Assembly: GCF_008831285.2 (NCBI RefSeq)
Contig: NC_045138.2
Span: 26,784,001-26,848,000, forward strand
Direction: 5' to 3'
Source of the DNA: Nymphaea colorata
Taxonomy: Eukaryota
Length of the DNA stretch: 64,000 nucleotides
In this document: positions 42,147 to 56,376 of the stretch, piece after piece
How the letters are laid out: each line of letters begins with the position of its first letter
How positions within the stretch are numbered: position 1 is the stretch's first letter
The notes under the pieces: model-generated
What the model was told of the DNA's origin: nothing
The model's database searches: none
Seen by the model: the letters and a program-made list of their open reading frames with translations, nothing else
Made by a program: the position numbers and the translations under genes

Positions 42147-44854
42147 GAGGGCACTATCTGCAGTACGACGGCTTCTTTTCCTAGCTTTTGAAACTTCTTT
42201 CTGTGCTTTCCCACATCGTTTCCTTCCTCGTGAGCCGCCAACTCTCTTCTCGCACATAGAGGGACCTACGTTGCCTCCGTTTGCGTGAAAATCTCTTGGC
42301 TCCTTCCTTCTCCTTTCTCCAGATTCTTTTTTCTTTTTCCTCCATTCAATAAGGAAAGTACCTAGGCTACGTAGGTCCTTTTTTAGGCGACGAGATTGAC
42401 TGGCATTTTGCATGAATTAGAACTTATACTTTCGTCAGAGGCATTCATTAAGAAGCATGATTTTGTTGAGAGATGTATCATGTATGCACACCAACTACCC
42501 GATTCTTCCTTTGGTTTGAGTTCCAACTCCAAGTTTGCTGCTAAATCATTGCCATGGACGGTTGATTCAGATCTGTTAGTTACAAAAAGAGGTTTATATG
42601 GTGCATTAATATGGTTTCACATCTGAGGATCCTTTATTTATAGCAGTGGTAGCTGGTCCTTGCATGTCAGAGTCTGGAAACACTACCATTCTATGAATCA
42701 GATGCATTTGTGGTTCTTTTATATGGTAAAAATTGATGTACTTTGTACTTATTAGTTGTGAATGTCAATAGTTGTGAATGTCAAGGAAGGAGATACAGAT
42801 GAGTGAGTACGTGCAATTTTTTCTTTTTCTTTCTCATATTTGTTGGTAACATACATAAAACTCGGTAGTGGTGCTTGAGAAGGTCAGTATATAGCAATGT
42901 ACATTAAGTTATTAACCGATATCTACGGTACCAACTTTTTTTGGCAATATTAGATCATGACGCCTACCACATGTCATGCACAATGATTTAAGGTGACGTT
43001 GGCTTTTGTCGTTTAGACAATTCAGCTCAAACAATTGGTTGCTGGGATCCAAGAAACAGAGACCCATGTAAAGGGACCTCACTCCCAACTATATTTTCAT
43101 AATGTCCTGATGATCTTCCAAGTCAATCTTGGTTGCCAGAAGTTGAACAACAATTTCATACAAAATGGACCAAAAGTCCCGCCTATTCAAACTCTTGGTG
43201 ACGGTAGATTTTCAAAATATTGGATCACATGCCCTAGGGGAGCTATAGGGCATAGCTCAAACAATTAGACTGAGATGTATTATTTGGCGTGTCTGTAACA
43301 ATTTGACCAACTTCTACGCTCAAGCTTTTGGTTCGGTGGATCCTAACCCGCCCCCTAGCAATTTCGGTTTCAACTCCAAAAAGATTAGGAAACATGACAA
43401 CCATCTATTTAATAACCTCCTTTAAGTCCTTAAAGATCATTCATAATATTGGGACTAAATTTTTTGGGTGTTACGTATCTCCACTTCAACTCGTGGATGT
43501 TATATTCCTGCACAATGAAAGGGGATGGGTCTCTACGTGTTATAAAACATGAAGATCTCACCGCCTGGCATCGACGCAACTATACATCTTAAAGACAAAT
43601 GAAAGGACTCTCGCTCGAGTGATGAAATTAATCCTCCTCCTCACCCAAAATAGTGGATCACACTTATTCTATTCTTTATTCTTGATATATTGAACCCAAA
43701 ATTGAGGTCCAATAAAGACCAAGGTTCCCGGAATTTAGCTGAGCATGAACCAATTCCAGATCCGAATTGATACTTCCTGGTTCTGGGCAAGAAATGGGTC
43801 CGGTCAGTTATATGGGTCAGGCTATAAGGAGCGATTGTAAATCTCTGAATCTTAATTATATGGTTACCTGATAATTCGGTGTTCAAAGTTTCAGGTGAGC
43901 CCTGTTTTGGATAGAATTTTTTCCTTTTTGTCATCACGCAAACGGTCGTCAGTCAGCCTTCTGTTTGATTGTTAATTACGTCAATCCGATCGTGTCGTTT
44001 CCTCTCTGATTTAGATCAGACCTTTTTGCAAGGCGGGATCTTAATGTGGATCTTAATTAGGTTCTACATGAGTTCTCTAATTTGATGAACTGGTTCAGAT
44101 TTTTTGTCACATAGATCCAGGTACTTGAGATCCTTGGCTCTCAACCATACTCTTAAGCATATGTCATTGTTTTGTGCATCTACCCCAAAAATTTGTTGGC
44201 TTCATTGGATACTTTAACAAATTTTTTGGGAGGTGTCTAATGAATCAAACAAATTTTTGGGGCCCATGTATAAAACAGTAAGGTACTGGTTCCAAACAAC
44301 TTTTAGGATTGTTATTCTGCTCTTGCATATACTTATGCAGAACCATAATTTGGAGTTTTACCTTCTTAAACAAATGCTTAAGTTATGATCCAGCTCTCAC
44401 CAATCTCTAAATTTATGTTTTCTCAAACACTAATAGTAATGAGTTTGCCTCTTTAGTCCTATCATTACTTTTGTCTGGCTTCTCTTCTCCTTGCAGGCCA
44501 TATCATATCAGTACCTTTGACTATCTCCAATGCCTTGACCTTTTATCGATCTTACCAATGCAAGTTGGTTTTCTTTGCCACAGTTTGACCATCCCTCTAC
44601 TTGCCTGCTCCTTGTATTTACCCCTTCACACTTTAATTCTCGGCTTTGGCTGTATTCTTGGTGGTCGTGGCTTATTAGTTGTTAGTGGCCGATTTAGGAA
44701 GAGTCCAACAACAGGATGTTCAGAGATACTGCCGTTCTCTACTGCCGTATCAGCAGACCCAGTTCACTACTTGTGAAAGCTGGCGTTAATAATGCACTCC
44801 ACGGTCAGCATTTGTCTTGGGCCATGGCCTAGCTTCTCTTTCTTTCTCTCTCTC

Positions 44855-44933
<79 letters not shown>

Positions 44934-46318
44934 CCACTACTTCTTCTTGATTCGGTGGCTTCTTTATCTACTTTGTTTTCTTCACTTTTTTGCTGACACT
45001 TGGTTTTCTTAGTGACTACTCGGCACTCAATTTTGTTAACGAATTCTTATTTTGTCGTCAAATATTAATAATGATGGTACTAGTACTCATATTCTTCCCT
45101 ATATAGTAGGCTGTTGACATCTCCATGGCTATACATATGTCCCATCTTCTGTTTGTATTTTCTAAATCAGTCTGCGTTAAGTTGTTGCTTTCATCTTAGT
45201 GAAATGACATAACTGACTTTTGAAAAAGAGGAATTTAAAACTAAATCAATGTAGTTCTAAAAAGTAAGTTTGAAAACGACATAAACTCATTTTATTGATC
45301 GTGTATATATATATACATCATCACCACCACCACCATCATCGTTCTCATTCTCTTCAAAGCTTTTAGTACTCATACATAAGAAGAAGTTATATACATGCAT
45401 TTGGTATTCAATGCTTGGCCTTAACCAAGCCAATGGAAATTCAATCCTAGATTACTTAAGAAAATAAATTGCAAAAAAGAATTTCTGTTTCTCAGCGTCA
45501 CCTTGTTGTGTTCTATACAGCCTCTCACACTCCATTAGCTTCAATGTAAAACCTCAACCATTAAACATGGTTCAGACCTGCTAGAGAACTAGTGGATCCA
45601 TCTACTGGAAAAACATTGTGAGTCACTAAAGTTAAATATGGAAACTATGGCAAAAATTAAGTTACCTTGCAACAGACAAAAAAAAGTTAACAGAGATAAA
45701 TGCGTCGTCTAAATCAAAGAAGATAATGATGAAAATCAAGATATACTATAGAACTGGGGACAACGATATCTTGATTGTATTAAATAACATATTGGTTAAA
45801 CACTTGCTTACAGTAACAGGAAAACATTGTGTTAATGAGAGATGTTAGGATGTAGGTTCTCTTACACTGCAACACTTTTAGATTCTGCTCAAGGGACAGA
45901 ACATCTTGACCGCCCAATGGTACAAGAGAAACATGGAAAACAGGGACTCTGTGATTAGTGATTCAAAGTTTTTGTTCTCTTTAGAAAGAAAGAATACAAC
46001 ATGTGGCCTTTGTATTCTTTCTGAGCTGAAGTAAGATTGAAGCATAGCCCTTGCAGCTTTGGTGTGAAAGATCATACTCTCAACTAGAGTGAGAAATTCC
46101 ATTTCTAGTCGCTTCAAAAGTCATGACCTGTTTTACTTCTCTTGCACATGAAAATAAAGGCAAAGGCATTCGTCTACCATACTCAGAAAAAGCATATGCA
46201 CTAACCTTATTGGCCTTCAACTTTTCATTCGCTTTTTTTATATCAATAGTTTAATTGCATCTTAATATAAACATAGTTTACTCAACAGAGTTTATTGGGA
46301 CAAAGGGAATGCATGGCC

Positions 46319-47521
46319 CTATTTAGCAAGAATTGAAGGCTGTAGAGACTTGAGTTCTTCCTCAGGCACATGATCTGCTGATTGCACTTCCTTGAATGAA
46401 GATTCAGCACTGCATTCCAAAGGTAACAACTCTATTAGATGATCAAGAGCTTGTTGGAGAAAACTACAGGAAGGAAGCAGCATTGCACTTCTAATTAACT
46501 GCCATATGCCCAAAATATCTTTTTACATTAAACCATGATACGTACACTTTCATACAGTCTGTCCTACAAGAAACTTGAAACCTCACGTACAGATAATGTT
46601 CTTCTCGTTTACATGGATGTATGAATTATGTATGTCCTCGTTCTTTGAAACTGGTTTTTGATTAGTAACAGCCAAAAATCAGTTAATCAAAGTTCATTTC
46701 AATATGATGGCACATTTTATTTATCAAATCCTGGATAAAATGAATGTTGATGAATTTCATTTTGCTTTAAAAACTTTGCAATATATTTCAGCTATTAATT
46801 TGGAGCATTTGACCTACTGCATGGGAATAGAATAATTGCCAGCAGAAATAAATTACCTGGATTCATAAGCATCTTTGTAATCATTGATGTCATCCTTGGC
46901 ATCGAAAAAGAATTGATCGAATGGCTTAATATCTTCATAGTCTTGGTCAGGAGTAGCCTGATAAAAACTCTGTGAATTGAAATCCTTCAAGTCAATTTCG
47001 CAAGGTATCATGGATTGTTGAAATGAAGAAGAATTCAGATACTCCTGCGTCATGTGGCCATTACTATTCAATTCTATGACATCACCGTACTCTGTTGCCT
47101 GATAGCAGCTCTCTCCAATAAAGGATGTCATCTGCTGCCTCTGATGATGCTCCTTTCTCGCCTGGAAATCTGACTGTTGCTGATAAAATAGGATCTGACA
47201 CTTAACCAAATTGAGCTCCCTCTGTGTGTACTCTATCTCCCTCTGTAGCCTGACAATGACTCCAAGGCAGCCATATACTGGGTCTCTTTCCCTGGCATTG
47301 GCTTGATATATGATAGCCTTCATTGCCTCTGATTTTTGGGATTCATGTAGTCTCTGCAGATGCTTCTGAACATTACTTACCCCAAAGAGACGATGGACGT
47401 TCAGGAATTGCTTTAATCGATCTGGTGGAAAATATGGCGCCATTGCACAATCATCATGGCATCTTCTTCTTTGGTATTTGCATGATGCACAAGCTTGACT
47501 TGTCCCACCTTTAACTGTCAT
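46319..47521 (-). CDS. LOB domain (LBD/ASL) transcription factor, LBD27/LBD22-like, 2 exons, ~251 aa
   Basis: Exon 1 is 47521-46857 and exon 2 is 46409-46319 (756 nt). MTVKGGTSQACASCKYQRRRCHDDCAMAPYFPP (CX2CX6CX3C), VHRLFGVSN, IIYQANARERDPVYGC and a leucine-zipper-like segment. Confidence 0.9.
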
Positions 47522-50067
47522 ATTAAACCTGATGTTCAAATGCCAACAAGAGAATAATGACTCAGAAGATTGGAGGAGACAGAAAAATTGAAAAATGAAG
47601 AAACTTACATGAGAGAAGAGGTTTGTGGAAGTAAGGCAATCATAAAAGAAGAGAAGATGAAGATGGAGGACAAATTTTTTCATCAGAAGACAGGAATGAA
47701 AGTGAGGAAAGAATATGAAGAGAGATAGAGAGAGATGCTAAATTTGGATCATAACCAAATTATTATGTTACTTTTGAATTTAAATGGTTGACGCTTTCTG
47801 ATGATACGCGTCCAAGATTGGATGCAGAAGAGGAAACGGGCCTCCGATTCAGGAGGAGAAGCCTGCACGAAAGTTTCTAGAGTCAGAGTAACAGATAGAA
47901 GATCACAGTGGTGCAAGGATATCAAAGAAAAACTGGTGAAAATATTGAAAATTTGTAAATATTTGCTTGCCATCTTTTGGCATTCATACCCTTCAAGGAG
48001 ATGTGGAATTACAAAACCCTGTCTGGGAAAGCTTTAGAAGAAAAAATACAATCTAGAAGTTATTGCACTCGATCTCTTACTCAGAAAAATGTAAAGATGA
48101 ATCAATTATGTAAAAGAATCCCAGAAATCTCGTGCACTTTAATTTTGTTTTGGATTAAGCTGAAAGTCAACTAAGCTTCACTTTTTACTTTTTAGTAAGG
48201 ATGATCAGTTGGTTCTTGCCACTAGTTAATTAAACAGTGAATCTTTTTCACTTTGTTGGTTGGTAGCTGACATGTGGAGTTTCCATTCCTCAGAGTAGCA
48301 CCTTGTACTCGTAAAGAGAGAGAGAGAGAGAGAAAAAGAGAGAGGGAGAGAGAACACTTTCATTCAACAATGCCAAATTAGCCATTATGGCTTAATTAAT
48401 TAATTAAATTCGATGAAGCGACACAAGCATCTGGGGGACAAGAAAGAAAGAAGCGAGTTCATCAAATGGCATATATTTTTCAAACAACATAAACTCTTTC
48501 TCATTCTGGTGAACGTATGACTACGATAACCAGCTTAGTGGAAAAGGAAGATGCATTTATCTTGAACCTGCAAATTTCACGATGAATTTGTCCATCACAG
48601 TAAGGCAAGAATGGATCATGTGTAAATTCCTTAAAGACAGGTATGAATATAGAAAAAGAAGACTATCTTTTTTTTTAGGAGATAATTAGAAGATAAATCT
48701 TTTGTCCCGATTTCCAAAATAGAACTCTCATTTTTTCAAGTTATTAGCTCTGGTGGCAAGTTTTCCGAAAAAACTGAATAGAGATCTGAAATTAATTGAC
48801 TTCAATTATCATGGAAAACATATACGTGATTTTTTTTTTTTTGTTTATCAGGATGACCATTTATTTATTCACATTTAAAAGTACATAACAAGGCTGAGCT
48901 ATTTAACCCAATTTGATCGGACTGTGTATCAATGGATCTGGATCGGGTCTAAATCTGATGCAGTTAATAAGGAGAGTTGTTCTCCGATGCAACTGTGCTG
49001 GGACATGAGGCTCCCTACCCTTTTACTATGGAAGAATAAAGAAGTCAGGAGAATCTCTATCAGAAACTTGCTATATATCAAAAGATGCACGACCATACAA
49101 AGTTTCAGGTTAATTACTCCCATTGTTTAAGGGACCGGAGCAAGGGAAGGCAAGATATTGGAAACGAAATTAAATATATACATAAATCAGGAACTAATCA
49201 TTCATCGATCCCAACTAACAAAATAAGAATTTGACTCGCTTGTCTTGAAAATCAGGCTGTAGGATGAACAAGATAATTGCCTTAATAAAGATAATTACTT
49301 TTTAAACAGATAAATATGAAATAATAATATTTTTTCTCAGTTAATAAATATCTTCTTAACTCAATGTCAACTCATCTCATATCCAAAAACAAATTAGGAA
49401 AGAATTACAAACTCTATGAACCTCACTTTAGATAATCAGTGGTGATTTGTCTTATAAAAGGCCATACTGACTACATGGCAGTGGTAATTGCAGCTGAAGT
49501 TTCATAGACTTCAACTTCCTTCTGCAAACCAAAGCAAAGTGTATCTCTGAGAGTTGGAGAAGTGCAAGCTTTACCACTGCTAATCAGGGTTCAAAACGAA
49601 GTGTTCCTTGGACTTGTTGAAGAAAAAAAAGGGTGCTGTGATATTTAAATTCATTACACGTCTCCTGATAGAAAGAAAACTCTTCAATTGTGCTAACACC
49701 TTGAGTTCAAGCTACGTTAAGTATTAAATGAAATGGTGCTCTTAGAAATGCAAATGGGTCGGTCATACATGAGGCAGCTAGATAAAGGTTGGGACAAAAT
49801 GGAACCAAGACGAAGACGAGCCAAAGATAAGAGGACCATCAGAACTTGGATGCAACCTACCACATCAGGAATCTTCATGTTTCATTTCTGAATGCGATCG
49901 ATATCGTACTTTGCAGGTGTAGCAGAGTCGAGGAACGACATCAAAGATGTTTTTGTTCATTAATTTGAAGCCCGCGGCCAGGCCACATGACCAAACAACT
50001 GTACTGACTTTACTAAGTTGACTAGAGCCTAACTAAAAGATATCTTGGTTCTAACACTGAGGCTCTT

Positions 50068-50080
50068 CTCTCGAACCTTC
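50068..50080. promoter_or_regulatory. Imperfect heat-shock element upstream of HSP60
   Basis: CTCtcGAAccTTC, one mismatch to TTCnnGAAnnTTC, about 90 nt upstream of the ATG. AAACCCT telo-box-like motifs are at 50091 and 50112. Confidence 0.3.
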
Positions 50081-50167
50081 GGTGCCCTTAAACCCTTCCT
50101 CCCTTCGTCTTAAACCCTGTACCGCGCTCTTCCCATTCCACGGGTTGAGAAGACAGAGAGAGAAAGT

Positions 50168-52752
50168 ATGTATCGGCGTGCTGTTGCTTCCCTCTCGTCG
50201 GCTCTCAGGTAAGATGCTGCTCCCTCGATAATCCCATCCGTGTTTTTGTTTCATTTTCTCTATTTGATCGTATTCTGATCGGAGGTTTCTTTCTTTGCTC
50301 CATTGTGTAGGCCGCATTGGCGAAAACAGGTACCGATATGATTCATTTTCTCTTTTGGCATCTTGGTTGGAAGTCGTTTCTGCATTTGATTTTTCCTTGC
50401 TGCTTTTCTTGTGTTCTTTTTATGTATTCATTTTGTTTTGTTATGTTTGAATTTGAATCAATCTGGAAGGTGGATAGTTCCACTTTATGGAGAAGAAATT
50501 ATGCCGCAAAGGACATCAGTTATGGCGTTGGAGCGAGGGCAGCAATGCTGCAAGGAGTCCAGGAGGTCGCCGATGTCGTGAGAGTGACAATGGGTCCTAA
50601 GGTTTAGTTGTCCTCTCTTGGAGTTTTAGGTGGTGAAAATTTTATGGGCAGTTGTGAATTTGTTGCTTTTGACTCTTTTGAGGTGGATTGTGCTAATATC
50701 AGGGCAGGAACGTGATTATTGAGAGGGAAAAGGGCAGCCCGAAGGTGACCAAAGACGGCGTAACGGTTGCAAAGAGCATACAATTCAAGGACAGAGCCAA
50801 AAATGTTGGTGCTGATCTTGTTAAGCAGGTTGCAAAAGCTACAAATTCTGCTGCTGGAGATGGTATTCTTCCTTTAGGATACAATTACCTATTTGATTTG
50901 GTATTGATTAGAAGTTTCTGTTTCATCTTTGCCAAGAAAACGTTATGGTTATTGCAGACCTGATTTTGATAATATGCTGGAGTCCATTTCGTCACTTCAT
51001 ATATAGAGTTGCTGTTGGGATCGTAAGCACCTAAAATCGGATTAATGGGAGTAATAATTTCTTGTGGTCGTGAAGGTTAATAGGAGCACTTGCGTGATGG
51101 ACCAGCATTTATCTAGCTTAGGGTTGGGCATGCTAGTGCATAGCTGAGTTTGTAATCCAAGATAATTTTTTTTTTTTTGCATTTACATTTTAGAATTGCC
51201 CAATATAAAAAAATTGCCGTGGGTATAGGCTTAGTGCAAAAATTGAAAATTGAGTAACAACTTTTGTTCACTAATCAATAAAGAAAGCATGAATAATTGA
51301 TATTGACCTAAAAGATCAAACCAAGAAAAAAACTACACATTGAAGTTTTTGAATTTTCTACTATCAAAAGTAAAACAAAATTTACAAACGGTAGAGCAAA
51401 AGCATAACCTATACATTGTTTATGAGAATGAGCTAATGGACCTAAGAATTTATTACTCGTTGAGTCATTTCTGATACAACATTCAAATCGAGTCAAAGAT
51501 AACTCTAATACATACCGAGATGTGAAATGATTTGGATGATCCAGTGGATGCATCCAACAGGATTGCACAGTGAATGTGGAAAGTTGGCGTTGCACATGCA
51601 CCTATACCAGTGCCTGTTGCATGTGCAACATGGGTGTGTTAAAATCCATGTTATATGTGCCACATCACTTTATTGTGCTAGAAGATAATTGGTTTATGAC
51701 CTTTTATAGATCATTATTCTTCTTTCCAAGACAATTTTTCTTGAATATTGCTTTAAAATCTCATACATGTTGTCTTCTTTGCAGGCACCACCTGTGCCAC
51801 CGTCCTTACGCAGGCAATACTGGCTGAGGGAGTCAAGTCAGTGGCAGCTGGCATCAATGTCATGGACCTGCGTCATGGTATTAAGATGGCCGTTGATGCT
51901 GTCATTTCCCACCTAAAGAGCAAGGCTCTAATGATTAGTACACCTGAGGAAATCACTCAGGTAAACTTTTTAAGTTTTAACAGAAGAAAAGCTGCTAGTT
52001 GTTTTGTAAAATTATAATTTTGTTTATTTCCTGTCAGTATGATGTATGTTAGAAGAACATTTAATTTGTGAAATGTTTCTTCTTCTTTTTTTTTTCTAAA
52101 TGATATCCATTAAGCAAGCTCATCCAGAAACACTTGAATGATCTTCTTCAAGTGGGCATATGTAGATCAATTAAATTTGTCGGGAAGATATTATCATATT
52201 AATGTACTTACCCAGTTAATTATAGTTGACGATGAACTTATATTTTACAGCCCTGACATAGTTACTAATAACATTTTTGGCAATTTCTTGATAAGGTTTT
52301 GTCAGTTTTTTGTTTTCAAACTGCAATTTTTTTCTTGGTAAAATTTTGGAACTTCTGCAAAAGATATATGAATTGTAGAAAACTGTGACATAATACTTTA
52401 GTGTGATATTTTTCCTACAAGATGGAAAACAAGAAAACCATTCATGCAAGTTGTCCAAAATACAGAAGCATGAAAATGGAAAGCATTCACCTAACATGTA
52501 TAAAGTATGATTTTATTTTTCAAACTTGCAAAAGCATCATGGTATTGTTGCATTCTAAGTCACACGGGTGCGTCAACTATGGTGGCGCATCCACACTGAT
52601 GCGGGTGCGGGTGTGGCTCGACATGGCGTCAAATGAGTTTTAGCCATTGGCCGAGTATTCATTGATATATTGATTCAAGGTAACATTAAAAAAAAAGTTT
52701 TAAAATATAGATAAATAAAATTACTTATATGATAAATAACATATATACGTAT

Positions 52753-52825
<73 letters not shown>

Positions 52826-55800
52826 GCATTTACAATCACATCATTGTCCTGATATTCAAAGCTGCTTCAAAATATTAAGTTATTTTTTGTCGGTGGCCGT
52901 GCCCTGACTTTACAAGTCTACCTTGATCATAATCATTTCCTGATTCAGATATTTCTGCTTTCATCTTGTTTACCTACATTCAGTCCTGGTTTTTTATGTT
53001 GATGATTCATGAAATGATTGGTTGATGATTTTTATTTGTAACCATATATCACATATAATTTTATTTTTTTGTTCTCCTTGCTCTGGTACACATGAAATGA
53101 TCTGACCAACCCAGAGTCAATTTCTTGGGCCGTGCAAATATGATTCAAAGTTATGACTAATTCATGAACTTGCTGAATGGGGAAAACATGTTTTCCTTCA
53201 ATTCATTTTTTTATGTTCCATGTTTGACTTCGCCTTCTGCACTTTTGTCATATATCCACAAAGCAGGTGGCAACAATATCAGCAAATGGTGAAAGGGAGA
53301 TTGGAGAATTGATAGCAAGAGCAATGGAGAAAGTTGGAAAAGCCGGAGTTATCACTGTCTCTGTAAGTCTTAAAGCTCTAGGGATATGTTCATTCTGGGT
53401 GTATTCTATGATTGGTGTTTTATGACAGTTCAATCACTTTGCAGGATGGTAATACATTACTTAACGAGTTGGAAGTGGTAGAAGGGATGAAGCTAAGCAG
53501 AGGTTATTTATCACCATACTTTGTTAACGATCAGAAGACTCAGAAATGTGTAAGTCTGAACTGGTGCAAGATTATTAATGTCTAATCCCTTTTTCTAATA
53601 GACAGGCCTGAACAGAGAGCACGAACAGAGAATATTCATTCAAATTTTAGATCCAGAAACGCTTCTGGGAAACATTAGATGTGCCCCTTGTCATGACAAT
53701 GCACTGGTTATATGAGGTTTTTCTTTTCTTCTATAGTTGTTTACCTGAAAGAACCACCAATCCATACATGAATTGACTCATGGTGTGACTATTTTCATTT
53801 ATTTGTTCTCTTTTTTTTTTTTTTTTTTTTTTTTTGCATGCCTGACCAGTTTTGCTTCTTTTGTTTTATCCCTTTTCAGCCAATGTAGCAATTTTGTTTT
53901 TTCTTTTTTCCTTTTTTTTGCTATGAATCTAAATCCTATGTGTGTATGTTTTATTGTAGGATGTCATTCACCTTTTTCCTGATCATATGGGTCTAGCTAA
54001 CACTAACTGTTGTTGCATTCTTGAAATCTAAACAAATTGTTCTATTGAACAGGAACTAGATAATCCCCTCATCCTTATTTATGACAAAAAAATAAAGGAC
54101 ATGGATGTGATGGTGAGGATATTGGAGTTAGCATTGAAGGTAATCTTCGTTTGTGATGCACATGTTTGTGATGCACATGGAAATAACTTAACTATTGGAA
54201 ATGTGATGTGAAGATCAGCAAATACTTTCTTCTTTGTGCAGAAGCAAAGACCTCTTTTGGTTCTGGCTGAGGAGTTGGAAAGTGATGTCCTAGCTATGCT
54301 TGTCCTGAACAAGCATCGTGCTGGTATAAAGGTTATTCATATAGCTCCCTAACCTAATGCTGAAGTGGATGGTACTCGTTTGTACATCTGATTTTTCTAT
54401 AGTATCCATGTAGTTAACATTCTTTGTTACTGAATGAAGGTTTGTGCAGTTAAATCTCCCGGATTTGGTGATAACAGGAGGGCAAATTTGCAAGATCTGG
54501 CCATATTTACTGGTGGAGAGGTGTGTATACGCCTAGGCACAAGACTACTAGTTGATTTACTTTCCAAATTCCTTGAAGCTCGACCTTTTTGCACATGGCT
54601 ATCAGACTTAATGGCCTTCTGGTTGCAAAACTTAGTTTTTCAGGAGATCTTCTGAAGACTTTTACTTTTTCATTTTCTTCAAGTTCCTTAGCTGAACAAT
54701 GCTAAGTATGCCTGCATTTTTGGTACAGTGATGTTGAAAATAAATGGTTCAAAGTTCGTTTGATTAATCAGATTTGTCAAGGGCAATTTCTTTCTTTTGT
54801 TTGCAGGTTGTTTCTGATGAACTTGGTATGAATCTTGAGAAAGTCCGGGTTGAAATGTTGGGTACTGCTAAAAAGGTCAGTGCTATATTTCTTCAATCAA
54901 TTATTTTTTTACTAGCATACTGATGTTTATGAATGACAGGTTACCGTCTCTCTAGATGATACCATTATTCTTCATGGTGGTGGTGATAAGAAGTTAATTG
55001 AAGAAAGATGTGAGCAGGTGCCTAAATCCAACTGTTCCTTTTTTTTGTTTCTCTAGGTTACTTTCTATACTGAAGGGATTTTATCATTGTAAATCCATTT
55101 AATCTTTAATAGCTGAGAACTGCAATGGAGAAAAGTACTGCAGCGTTTGATAAAGAGAAAGCCCAGGAACGACTTTCAAGGCTATCTGGAGGTGTTGCCG
55201 TTATTAAGGTTTGCAAGAATCGCTTGTTTCCATTTTTCTCTTTGGTATTGTCATCTATAAAGTGTGTATGAACCACTAGATGAGCAGTTTAGGACATTGT
55301 CTTCTTTCTTTATAGGTTGGTGGAGCGAGTGAAGCTGAAGTTGGGGAGAGAAAGGATCGGGTTACAGATGCACTAAATGCTACGAGGGCAGCGGTGGAAG
55401 AGGGTATTCTTCCAGGTAGGTTTATCTTCCGATTTCTTCCTTTAAATAGGAGATATCTTTTAATATCCCATTGAGAGATTGTGCCTTCCAGGTGGTGGTG
55501 TAGCACTCTTGTATGCTTCAAGGGAGTTGGATAAGCTCCAAACTTCAAATAGTGATCAGTTAGCAGGAGTTGAAATAATAAAAAATGCGCTGAAGGTTCC
55601 TAAATTAATACTCTTTGATGCCTTCAGATTAGAGTTTTTTAGGAGTTAGATTGATGTTGGAAGCAATCTCATGCAGATACCTGCCTTCACAATTGCTAAA
55701 AATGCTGGTGTTGATGGATCGCTGGTCGTTGGTAAACTGTTGGAACAAGATGACTTAAATATGGGTTACGATGCTGCTAAAGGTATGGTAATTTCAATAT

Positions 55801-56376
55801 CAGTCCTGTTTACCTTTATTGTCTCATTTTTTCACTAGTTTCTAAGGCCACACGGAATATGGTAAGACAGTAAAATTCCACAAGTTAAAGCAGGCAATTC
55901 AGTTGTTGTGCTGTTATCCTTGCTTGTCTTGCCATCCTCCAGCGTAGGTTGATGCTGGGTAGCTTGGCATCAGATTTGCAGTTTCTGCCAAATTACGTCG
56001 GTGGTTGTGCCTCATAACTGATGAAAAGATGCTGACTTATTTTTTATATTTGTTCTGAACCATTGATTTTGTGAATTAATGATAATGCTAAACACATTTC
56101 CAGATCAATATGTTGATATGGTTAAGGCCGGAATTGTTGATCCACTCAAGGTTATCAGAACTGCCTTAGTGGATGCTGCTAGGTACACCTCTATTCTCTT
56201 CTTATTGAATCTTAATTTTGTGTCCAAGTTTGCTTAATCACACCGGGCTTATGGCTTTTAATTGCAGTGTTTCTTTGTTGTTGACAACAACCGAGGTAGC
56301 TGTTCTGGAACTCCCTGATGCAAAATCCTTCAATCCTCGAGCAGGCATGCCTTCACCAGATGATTATGATCTTTAA
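50168..56376 (+). CDS. HSP60: Mitochondrial chaperonin HSP60 (CPN60-like 2 type), 18 exons, ~575 aa
   Basis: Exons 50168-50208, 50311-50329, 50470-50601, 50703-50862, 51785-51960, 53267-53362, 53445-53549, 54053-54139, 54242-54331, 54440-54520, 54807-54875, 54940-55017, 55113-55208, 55316-55415, 55492-55595, 55677-55782, 56104-56182, 56268-56376 (1728 nt). MYRR presequence, [42 protein letters not shown] and IVDPLKV. Confidence 0.95.

Noticed and set aside
47522..47683. Upstream ATG extension of the LBD ORF (MKKFVLHL...)
   Set aside because: CT-rich UTR/intron-like composition; family similarity starts at MTVKGG (47521).
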